From NCBI RefSeq assembly GCF_000010625.1, contig NC_010296.1, positions 4,320,001 through 4,352,000 of the forward strand: DNA of 32,000 nt, written 5' to 3'. Source of the stretch: Microcystis aeruginosa NIES-843. Its GTDB lineage: Bacteria; Cyanobacteriota; Cyanobacteriia; Cyanobacteriales; Microcystaceae. The translations under genes and the position numbers were made by a program. The notes under the pieces are model-generated. The model ran no database searches and had not been told where the DNA came from. It worked only from the letters and a program-made list of their open reading frames with translations. This document shows positions 1-7,970 of the stretch, piece after piece; within the stretch, counting starts at the first letter, position 1, and each line of letters begins with the position of its first letter.

Positions 1-129
1 CTGGGTTGTAATAAACCTGCACCTGTCAGCATCCCACACCCCATCTTCCCACTTCCCCCGATTGAGTTAGCGGGTTCGGCTTCGATCTGTCAGAATACAA
101 GTATTGAAACAACCCTTTTAAGAGGCTTC

Positions 130-1308
130 ATGGTGGAAGTTAAAGTCGTCCCCCCGAAACGCAATTGGGTTCAGACGTGGTGGCAATCCCTGAATTCCTT
201 ATCCCGCTTACTGGTGATTGCTCTAGCTGCACCACTTGTCGTCCTGAATGTCTGGGCATTATCGGCAATTTTTGGCTATTTTGAATCTTTATTTGTTATT
301 TTACTGATAGCGGCCGTTCTATCTTTTCTCTTGGGTTATCCGGTGACTTGGTTGGAACGTCAGGGATTAAAACGGGGTTTAGCTGCGATCGTGGTTTCCC
401 TGATCACGATTTTAATTTTTGTGGCCGTGGGCATAACCCTAGTTCCCTTAGTCTTCACCCAAGCACAGCAATTTGTCAACAGATTGCCAGAATGGTTAGA
501 CTCGGGACAGCGCCAACTGATGCAACTAGATACCAAAATCGACACGATGAATCTACCGATTCCGATCAGTTTCGATGGTCTGATCGCTCAGTTTAACAGT
601 CGTTTAGGGGCAGAATTGCAAATTTTAGCGGGAAGAAGCGTTAATTTAGCCCTTAATCTCACCGTTTTTACTGTGGTGCGGGTGCTTGATGTGCTGCTAA
701 CCATTATCCTCACCTTTTATCTGCTTCTCCACAGTCCCGATATCTGGAGGAGTATTATCCAATGGTTGCCCAAACCCGTCCAACAACCCTTTTCCCTAAC
801 CCTACGCTTAAGTTTTCAGAATTACTTTGTCGGACAGGTGATTTGTGCCACCTGCATGGCCCTGGGATTAGTCACGGCATTTTTATCGATTAAAGTCCCT
901 TTTGGTCTCCTATTCGGTCTGTTGATTGGCACCATGGCTTTAATCCCTTTTGGGGGAACTGTAGGCATTGTCACGGTGACAGCTTTACTAGCTTTGCGCG
1001 ATATTGGTTTAGCTCTACAAGTTTTAGCCGTGGCTGTAGTGGTGCAGCAAATTGTCGAAAATGGCATTGCTCCCCGGATTTTGGGCAGTGTCACCGGGTT
1101 AAATCCCTTTTGGGTGTTGGTCTCGGTCTTGACGGGGGCGCGAGTGGGCGGTTTACTGGGGGTGATTGTCGCGGTTCCCATGGCAGTAATGATCAAGGAA
1201 GCTTTGGAGGTGATCCGTCAAGTGACACCAGAGGAGACAAAACACGGGATAATTAAACCCTCTCTCCCCCTAGAATCAGAATCCTCTAGCGAGGTGGTTT
1301 CTCGCTGA
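130..1308 (+). CDS. AI-2E family transporter (PerM-like permease)
   Basis: 392-aa ORF that is hydrophobic throughout with several predicted TM helices. Its length and C-terminal motifs (GTVGIV..., NGIAPRILG..., NPFWVLVSVL) are typical of the AI-2E/PerM family. The overlapping ORFs 348-596, 360-545 and 822-1196 are shadow frames. Confidence 0.8.
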   Translation: MVEVKVVPPKRNWVQTWWQSLNSLSRLLVIALAAPLVVLNVWALSAIFGYFESLFVILLIAAVLSFLLGYPVTWLERQGLKRGLAAIVVSLITILIFVAVGITLVPLVFTQAQQFVNRLPEWLDSGQRQLMQLDTKIDTMNLPIPISFDGLIAQFNSRLGAELQILAGRSVNLALNLTVFTVVRVLDVLLTIILTFYLLLHSPDIWRSIIQWLPKPVQQPFSLTLRLSFQNYFVGQVICATCMALGLVTAFLSIKVPFGLLFGLLIGTMALIPFGGTVGIVTVTALLALRDIGLALQVLAVAVVVQQIVENGIAPRILGSVTGLNPFWVLVSVLTGARVGGLLGVIVAVPMAVMIKEALEVIRQVTPEETKHGIIKPSLPLESESSSEVVSR

Positions 1309-1735
1309 AGAATGACTGACGGCATGATCTAGGGCGATGTGAGCAGTAATATTGGCCGGGATAAATCGGCAATTTTCTCGCAGGTTCTTGGCTTTTCTCC
1401 CTCGATCGAGTTATGATATCCATATTGGTAGATTAACTCCACTTGCCCTGATCGCCGTCCCTGGCGGATGCCTTGCTGGTCTCTGGGGCCTAGCTTATTG
1501 GGAGATTAGCTAACCAATTATCTCTAAACTCCGATAATTTTAAGAAAAGGTCAATGTCTATCCCGATAAATAAGCAAAAAATCGATATTTTGGTTAAATA
1601 GGCTACATTAACAGCCAGCTTTCTATCGTAAGCTCGAAGTTAAGACATAAAGTCAATATCACCCTCCGATTGCAATGAAAAAATGTTTGGATCGCTTAAG
1701 GTTTAAGCCTTTCAGACATTTTTTTTTGTGGATTG

Positions 1736-1770
1736 ATACTAAATCCAGTTATTAAAAACTGATTTAGTAT
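1736..1770. repeat. Minimal 35-bp palindromic member of a small MITE family (ATACTAAATCC...GATTTAGTAT)
   Basis: The sequence atactaaatccagttattaaaaactgatttagtat is a near-perfect hairpin. Its arms match the termini of the ~105-109-bp copies at 3920-4027, 15620-15724 and 17187-17295. Confidence 0.55.
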
Positions 1771-2024
1771 GACATGGACAAAAACCAACAGACCATGATC
1801 TGGAGAGATCGTCAAGAAAAGTATCAGAGTGAACTCTTGGAAAAGAATTGGTAAAATATAATTAGTAGGGAGAGTATTGCTGTTAATGTTTCGCTTTTTA
1901 ACGAGACGTTAACCAAGCTCAAAAGCAAAAAATAGCAGTAATTTGCCAAAAGCTCAAGGCCAATGGCTGACTGCTCTATACATCTCTCGTATTCTTTACT
2001 TGTCGAGTTCAACACGACCCCTTT

Positions 2025-2219
2025 ATGGAATCAAGCAACCCGTCAGGGAAGACTTCCGAACCTCCTAGTCATAGGTGGGCCAATTTACTCGGAACCATGA
2101 TCGCAATTCTGACCCTAACGTTACCCTTGTTAGCGATTGGATATAACTCCACGCCTAACTATACCGAAGAACCCCTTACCGGTAACACATCCTACTCCCT
2201 AACGAGGCAAATGAGGTGA
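2025..2219 (+). CDS. Hypothetical small membrane protein
   Basis: 64-aa ORF with one clear hydrophobic helix (LLGTMIAILTLTLPLLAIG). I recognise no family, so this is weak. Confidence 0.25.
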   Translation: MESSNPSGKTSEPPSHRWANLLGTMIAILTLTLPLLAIGYNSTPNYTEEPLTGNTSYSLTRQMR

Positions 2220-2380
2220 CAGAATTGAGATAGACGATTGCCAAAATAAAAATTTTTTTCTTCGTCCCGATCCCCCTTATGGGTAAAATTTGGATCGGAG
2301 TTGATCAAAGTGTGTTTTAATTTTGCTTGCGCTTTTAGGTGACTCTAAAGGCGCTATTGTCTTGTATTTGGAGAAAGCTT

Positions 2381-2890
2381 GTGGATTTATCGCGCATTCC
2401 TGCCCAACCGAAACCAGGTTTAATTAACGTTTTAGTGGAAATTACCGCCGGCAGTAAGAATAAATACGAGTTTGATAAGGATTTAAACGCCTTTGCTCTC
2501 GATCGCGTTCTCTATTCTTCGGTACAATATCCCTGTGATTATGGTTTTGTTCCCAATACCCTCGCCGATGACGGCGATCCTTTAGATGGTATGGTGATCA
2601 TGGATCAGCCTACTTTCCCCGGCTGTGTGATTACGGCGCGCCCTATTGGTATGTTAGAAATGATCGATGGTGGTGATCGCGATGAAAAAATCCTCTGTGT
2701 TCCCGCTAAAGATCCTCGTTATGCTGAGGTAAAATCCCTCAAAGATGTCTCTCCCCATCGCTTGCAGGAAATCGCCGAGTTTTTCAAAACCTATAAGAAT
2801 CTAGAGAAAAAAGTCACAGAAATTCTCGGTTGGAAAGATGTGGACGCAGTAACCGCTTTAGTTGAACAGTGTATTGCTGCTTATAAGTAA
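2381..2890 (+). CDS. ppa: Inorganic pyrophosphatase (family I)
   Basis: The translation (V/M)[33 protein letters not shown]...[45 protein letters not shown] is nearly collinear with cyanobacterial Ppa. I place the start at the GTG at 2381, in frame with the 2339 ORF-track start, because homologues begin at MDLSRIP. Confidence 0.93.
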   Translation: MDLSRIPAQPKPGLINVLVEITAGSKNKYEFDKDLNAFALDRVLYSSVQYPCDYGFVPNTLADDGDPLDGMVIMDQPTFPGCVITARPIGMLEMIDGGDRDEKILCVPAKDPRYAEVKSLKDVSPHRLQEIAEFFKTYKNLEKKVTEILGWKDVDAVTALVEQCIAAYK

Positions 2891-2922
2891 GGTTTGCGGC
2901 AAAAAGTTTGTTGGTGGGGTTA

Positions 2923-3051
2923 GTTATCAGTTATCAGTTATCAGTTATCAGTTATCAGATGTGAGTTTTCAGTTCACTGATTACTGTTTACTGTTTACTG
3001 ATCACTGAAAAAAGCTTCTCCCTACACCCCACACCCCACACCCCACACCCC
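2923..3051. repeat. Cluster of STRR-like heptamer tandem repeats
   Basis: (GTTATCA)x5 lies at 2923-2957 and (TTTACTG)x~2.5 around 2983-2999. (ACACCCC)x4 at 3024-3051 ends 5 nt before the nanE-like ATG. Confidence 0.9.
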
Positions 3052-3056
3052 AATTT

Positions 3057-3740
3057 ATGCGAATAGAAACCTTAAAATCGGGTTTAATCGTCTCCTGTCA
3101 AGCGCCAGTGGAGTCATCTCTGCACGATCCTGTAATTATTGCCGCCATGGCTCATGCTTGCGTGGATAGGGGTGCTTGTGGGGTAAGAATTGATAGTCCC
3201 GCTCATCTGAAAGCCACCCGTCAACAATTGCCGGATATACCGATAATTGGACTCTGGAAACGCAATTATCCCGATTGTTCGGTATATATTACTCCCAAAT
3301 ATCAAGATGCTCTCGCCATTGCCGATGCGGGTGCCGATATAATTGCCTTGGATGCTACCCCCAGAAAGCGTCCTAATGATGAAAATTTAGCCACAATTAT
3401 CGATCGTATTCATCAGGAAACTGGTAAATTAGTCATGGCAGATATAGACTCGATCGAAAGTGCTATTTATGCCGTGGCAGCTGGTGCTGATATTGTCGGT
3501 ACAACTCTTTACGGTTACACAGAAGCAACTAAAAATCTGCCACCGCCGAGTTTTTCTTTCCTAGAAGAATTAGTTAATAAGTTGTCAGTTCCTGTTATCT
3601 GTGAAGGAGGAATATCGACTCCAACAGAAGCAAAAAAAGCCCTAGAAGTTGGTGCATATTCGGTAGTTGTTGGCACGGCAATTACAGGGATTGATTTAAA
3701 AACTACCGCTTTTTTACAAGGAATTTTATCAAAAGATTAA
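3057..3740 (+). CDS. nanE: Putative N-acetylmannosamine-6-phosphate 2-epimerase
   Basis: 227 aa. The opening GLIVSCQA, then ...GVRIDSP...IIGLWKRNYPDCSVYITP...ADIIALDAT...LVMADI...ADIVGTTLYGYT...PVICEGGISTP...AYSVVVGTAIT, matches the NanE TIM-barrel family pattern. Confidence 0.75.
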   Translation: MRIETLKSGLIVSCQAPVESSLHDPVIIAAMAHACVDRGACGVRIDSPAHLKATRQQLPDIPIIGLWKRNYPDCSVYITPKYQDALAIADAGADIIALDATPRKRPNDENLATIIDRIHQETGKLVMADIDSIESAIYAVAAGADIVGTTLYGYTEATKNLPPPSFSFLEELVNKLSVPVICEGGISTPTEAKKALEVGAYSVVVGTAITGIDLKTTAFLQGILSKD

Positions 3741-3919
3741 TGGGAGGGAAAAAACCAAAAAGTTTCGCCGCACCTCCTAAAATAGCGACAACCAAAGCGA
3801 TTAAAATCCGCCGGTTTGTGAATTGCTGATAGGCAATCCCTGCGGTCAATCCGTTAACTTTTTCGTCACTACAATGGATAAACCCGTTAACTTTTCTTAA
3901 CGTAACCATGTTTATTGTA

Positions 3920-4027
3920 ATACTAAATCCGTTGAGTATAGGTAACATATGAGGAGAGGCAAAAGACAATAGGCACTCATGCAAAACGGAGAGTAAATAA
4001 TCAGTTTTTAATAACCAGACTTAGTAT
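3920..4027. repeat. Small MITE-like element (108 bp)
   Basis: Its termini are ATACTAAATCC / (A)GACTTAGTAT. The internal sequence is shared with the copies at 15620-15724 and 17187-17295. Confidence 0.6.
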
Positions 4028-4057
4028 AATATGTCTTAGTAATAAAATCATCAAATT

Positions 4058-5107
4058 CTAACTGCGCCACCGTAAAATTTGTGCTTTAATGGGGTTGACA
4101 AAATCCCGTTTTTCTGCTTGAGATTTTTCGTATTCCTGCTTGAGGCGATAATACCATTTGGCCTGGGTATCGGCATCATCAATTAACATCAAAGCTGGAT
4201 GATAACTAAGTCCTTCCTGTTGTTTAATCACCACATCGCGATCCTGTTTGAGGAATTGTAGAGTTAAATAACGCAAAAGAGGGGTTAAAAATGCCAACCA
4301 AGGAATCGTATAGTATAAACTTTGATGGACTTCGCAGTGATTTTCATCGATGGGAGTAATTGCTGTAAAAGCACAGGCCAAATAGCGATCACCTCGTAGT
4401 ATTTCTGTACGCACCGAGGGCAATTCAAAAACAATTTCAATCGATACTTTACTACCCAAAATTTTATAAGGTTTCGCACTTACTGGCATATCATAGGGGG
4501 CAAGACGAAAACCGAGGGGAACAGGTTCGTATTGTTTTTCTTTGACCCGAAATTGGCGCGGACCGCTGCGCCACCACCAAGAAGTATGAACGTAGGGACC
4601 GTGGGCCGGATCCATCAATCCCACCACTGCATGGTCAATATTGCAGTCAAAAGTGATAGTTTCGGCTACTTTGGGGGTAAGTTTGCCAAAATCGGCAATA
4701 GTCGGCACAGGGGGCAGATTTTCTCGATTAATTTCTCTTTTTGAGTCTGCCGGAATAAACACCCAGATATGACCTTGTATTTCACGACAGGGATAACTGG
4801 TGACACAAATTCTGCTAATATCAAGGCGATCGTGTTCAGTTAATGAGGGGATTTCAGAACAAACGCCATCGCTAGTATTAAATTTCCAGCCATGATAGCA
4901 ACAGTATACCCCATCCCCTTCAATCCAGCCATGGTGCAGCGGAATGCCACGATGGGGGCAAATATCCCGCAATGCGAACACTTCTCCATCCTCTCTCCTG
5001 CCAACAACAATCGGTTCACCTAGCATTTTTTTGGCCATTAGCTGACCGGGTTTAAGTTTATTTGCCGGTGTGGCCACATACCAAAAGTCGCGCAGTAAGC
5101 TAGTCAT
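4058..5107 (-). CDS. Rieske [2Fe-2S] oxygenase, PaO/LLS1-like
   Basis: 349 aa. The Rieske motif CPHRGIPLHHG-x16-CCYHGWKF is present, followed by a C-terminal region typical of the pheophorbide a oxygenase (PaO)-like family in cyanobacteria. Confidence 0.85.
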   Translation of the reverse strand: MTSLLRDFWYVATPANKLKPGQLMAKKMLGEPIVVGRREDGEVFALRDICPHRGIPLHHGWIEGDGVYCCYHGWKFNTSDGVCSEIPSLTEHDRLDISRICVTSYPCREIQGHIWVFIPADSKREINRENLPPVPTIADFGKLTPKVAETITFDCNIDHAVVGLMDPAHGPYVHTSWWWRSGPRQFRVKEKQYEPVPLGFRLAPYDMPVSAKPYKILGSKVSIEIVFELPSVRTEILRGDRYLACAFTAITPIDENHCEVHQSLYYTIPWLAFLTPLLRYLTLQFLKQDRDVVIKQQEGLSYHPALMLIDDADTQAKWYYRLKQEYEKSQAEKRDFVNPIKAQILRWRS

Positions 5108-5298
5108 AGGATTTGTCTGGAGAGCTTCGATCGTTCATCCTATCATCAGAAATGAAGATTATGAGACTGGAAGCATAACTTTGCAGTAATTAGGAGGATG
5201 AGATTGCAGTAGGCAAGGCTGAAACCCCTATTCTCTCGTTGACGAAACTCTACTCCTCATCAATGGAAACATAACGCTTCAGTGAGTCCAGAAAATTT

Positions 5299-6720
5299 GG
5301 CTCTTCGTTACCCTTTATGCTAAATCAACATACAAGATGCCAAGATAACATACTTCTAACCCAAAAATTCCGAAAGTTTCTAAAGCCATAGCCTCTCCGT
5401 TTTATTAGTTTAAGTTTATTGTTGATTCCCTCGACCACCCCATTCGTTGTCCTTCGCTCGAAATAACTAATGATTTCTCCAAACCAGTTTCGGATTGTTT
5501 GACAACTCTTGGTAAAAACACTGGAGGATTTTGCCAACCATTCCGAGATGGATAGCAGTCCCTCTGTCGGATTCTTTGAGGTTTCATAAATCTTTCTGAA
5601 TTCTTCCTTTAATTTCTGCATCTTTTTCAAATTTGGGAATTTTTCTTTGATAGCTTCTAGTTTAATTTTTTGGGGTTCCGTTAAATCTTCTTCATTTTTT
5701 AACAGGCTATATTTACTTCGCTTTAAAACTTCTAGCTTCGCTTCTTTTTCCGCTTTCTGTTTTTTATTTTTCTGCGCTTCTACGGCTCTTTTTTCCGCTC
5801 TTCTCTGTTCGTCTAACTCTTGATTAATTTGTTTCATTACATGGAATCTATCGGCGACTACCTCGGCCGATGGCATCAATTCTTTCACCAAATTTTTATA
5901 GGGCAACCAAAGGTCTATGCTCACTTCTTCAATTTGCTCTAACACCTCTTTTCCCCACCCAGTAAGCGTTTCCCTCAACTCTTCTTGTGTTCGCTTCTCT
6001 AGAATAGCTATTAGTTTTCCCGTATCTAAATTTACTAAAACCGCACAGTAATTTTTTTGTCCTTTGACTAGAGCGATTTCATCAATTCCTAGCCTTTTTA
6101 ATTTCGATAAATCTGGCTCTGTAATTTCTTCGGCGATGTCCTCTACCATTCTTTGAATCTCTTCTTCCGTTACGTTATTTCTTCGGCTAACATTTAAAAT
6201 ATCTCCTTCTTTTAATTGTTCGAGTATATTCTCGGCTAGTCTTTTCGTATAGGTTCGTTTCTTGGCGACAAAATCTAACTCTTCGCTAAAGGGTCTCTGA
6301 CAATTACCGCACTTAAATTGACGACGATTAACCTGTAGGTACACTGGTTGTCCTGAGATTGGTAAATCTTTGACTAAATGTCGATGATTTTGGTGGAGTT
6401 TATCGCTCTCTAACCCACAACGAGGACAGGTTGCTTTTTTATTTTTCGATTCGACTGGTCAAACTATACCGATATTTTCTAGGTGTCGATAGCCTTGAAT
6501 ACAGGTTCCTTCTAGGTTCAAAAATTTGTCAAGTATCATAAGTAAAATAATCTCGTTTTTGGCTATTATATCAAATCTTAACTCGATTGTCTATCTTTTG
6601 GTATTAACCTGTTTGTGCCTTAAGTCCTTCCCTGTATGGATTTCAGCTACTTTTGAGCGTAGGCGCTCTCATCGAATTTTATTTTAAGTTAATTATTTGC
6701 ATAACAATTCCCGAAGAGCC
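5299..6720 (-). mobile_element. ISL3-family insertion sequence (1422 bp) with 8-bp target-site duplication
   Basis: The terminal inverted repeats are GGCTCTTCG... at 5299 and ...CGAAGAGCC ending at 6720. They are flanked by a perfect direct repeat GAAAATTT (5291-5298 and 6721-6728). The element carries an ISL3-type transposase frame. Confidence 0.9.
5325..6539 (-). pseudogene. ISL3 transposase interrupted by an in-frame TGA at codon 27
   Basis: Reading from the ATG at 6539 gives MILDKFLNLEGTCIQGYRHLENIGIV*PVESKNKKATCPRCG...QPVYLQVNRRQFKCGNCQRPF. This continues in the same frame into the 339-aa ORF 5325-6344. The stop is the TGA at 6459-6461 (minus strand). The zinc-finger N-terminus and the DRFHVMK region are typical of ISL3 transposases. 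Confidence 0.8.
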
Positions 6721-6897
6721 GAAAATTTGATGACCTTTCCTGCTGGAATTTTACAAAAGTTTACTTAAAATGATTCAGTTCTGTCTAATTATAGCGTTTC
6801 CTGTTCGCAAGAGGTACATTATCGATATTGAAAAGCTTAATCAGCAAAGGTTTAACTGTGCCACACAGGTATGAGAAACGCTATATAATCTGTTTGA

Positions 6898-7968
6898 TTA
6901 ATCTAAACTTTTCGTTTTCCTTAGATTTTCCTCTAATTTATCTAAACGTGGGATAATCCATTGATTTTTCCAGTATTTAATCAGTTGATTACGATCTAAA
7001 ATCTTCCATTGTAGTTGATTGGATTCTCCTAATAAATACTCTTGCCAATTCTCAGCTAGTGGACAACTATAATATCCTCTTTGCCAACCAATACTTAGCA
7101 TATCTTCTGAAAATCCTAGTTCTCTTAGTCCTTTTTTTAAAACTCTTAGTTTCCAATTTGGACCTTGACCAAATTTATAAGTATCAAAAATGGTTTCTGG
7201 AACGACTTGTTTAATTAATTCCCAACTTCCGTTAGCCGTTATATGTAAATGGCTTTGACCTTTTGTATAACCTATAAATTTCCAGTTCATTAAACGGTTA
7301 TATATTGCTGATTTTCCAAATGCTCCTAAAGTATCTATATAAACTAAATCAGCTTGTTTATTTTGTCCAGAAATAATGGATACTCTATTGTTATACTTTT
7401 CATAGAAGTGCTTTCTAACTTCAGGGAACATCAAACATAAAGCAATTAATTTACTGCTGAGAACTAGATTATAAGGAGGTACAGCACCTAAAATATAAGC
7501 AGTCATACAATTATATAATCTCTCTAGCTTTTGATCTTTTGTCCAAGTGATATACTGATCTCTAACTCCTAAACCAATAATTGGATCACTGAGTCCAAAA
7601 ATACCAATTAATTTATTATTTTGTTCATCAAAAACTAAAAAACGTATTCTTCTACCATAACCAGTTGTAACAGGGATTGACCAAAAAGAAGTAGCATAAG
7701 TCCAAAGTTCTCTTTGTTTCTGGGTGTTCACAACTTCTAAGTAAGGATTGATTTTAAGAATATTTATTTCTTCAGGTTTAGCTAAACAATTTTTAAATTC
7801 CTCCTCATATTTTAAACCTTTTGAGTTCGTATGTTGAGCTAATCGATTTTGCATAAATCGTAAATCATCAACTATTAACTTTTGAGAGTCAAAATCCCAT
7901 TCAACTCCATATTCAGATAACTTTGATAACAATTGATCTCGAACGTGATCTTTTTGGTGTTTTTTCAT
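6898..7968 (-). CDS. DUF4338-like protein (Druantia DruA-like domain)
   Basis: 356 aa. The core GRRIRFLVFDEQNNKLIGIFGLSDPIIGLGVRDQYITWTKDQKLERLYNCMTAYILGAVPPYNLVLSSKLIAL...VYIDTLGAFGKSAIYNRLMNWKFIGYTKG matches the DUF4338 pattern as I recall it (GRRLRYLV...G.LGFS..AW.L..RD.WIGW...NLAS..LAL...ETFVD...YRAANW..VG.T.G). Its ATG lies 2 nt after the HerA stop. The assignment is from memory and needs an HMM check. Confidence 0.55.
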   Translation of the reverse strand: MKKHQKDHVRDQLLSKLSEYGVEWDFDSQKLIVDDLRFMQNRLAQHTNSKGLKYEEEFKNCLAKPEEINILKINPYLEVVNTQKQRELWTYATSFWSIPVTTGYGRRIRFLVFDEQNNKLIGIFGLSDPIIGLGVRDQYITWTKDQKLERLYNCMTAYILGAVPPYNLVLSSKLIALCLMFPEVRKHFYEKYNNRVSIISGQNKQADLVYIDTLGAFGKSAIYNRLMNWKFIGYTKGQSHLHITANGSWELIKQVVPETIFDTYKFGQGPNWKLRVLKKGLRELGFSEDMLSIGWQRGYYSCPLAENWQEYLLGESNQLQWKILDRNQLIKYWKNQWIIPRLDKLEENLRKTKSLD

Positions 7969-7970
7969 GT

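Noticed and set aside
348-1196. ORFs 348-596 (+), 360-545 (-) and 822-1196 (-)
   Set aside because: They are entirely nested in or antisense to the well-supported AI-2E transporter gene. Their composition is low-complexity and Cys/Arg/Thr-rich, typical of shadow frames.
2923-3051. Possible CRISPR array, because of short tandem repeats
   Set aside because: The repeats are contiguous 7-mers without spacers. No 25-40-bp repeat/spacer periodicity or cas genes appear anywhere in the window.
3703-3984. ORF 3703-3984 (-, 93 aa)
   Set aside because: It overlaps the nanE 3' end and a MITE-like repeat, and no homology is recognised.
6459-6461. In-frame TGA in the ISL3 transposase as selenocysteine or programmed readthrough
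   Set aside because: No SECIS-like hairpin is evident downstream, and ISL3 transposases are not known to use recoding. A simple nonsense mutation is the most economical explanation.
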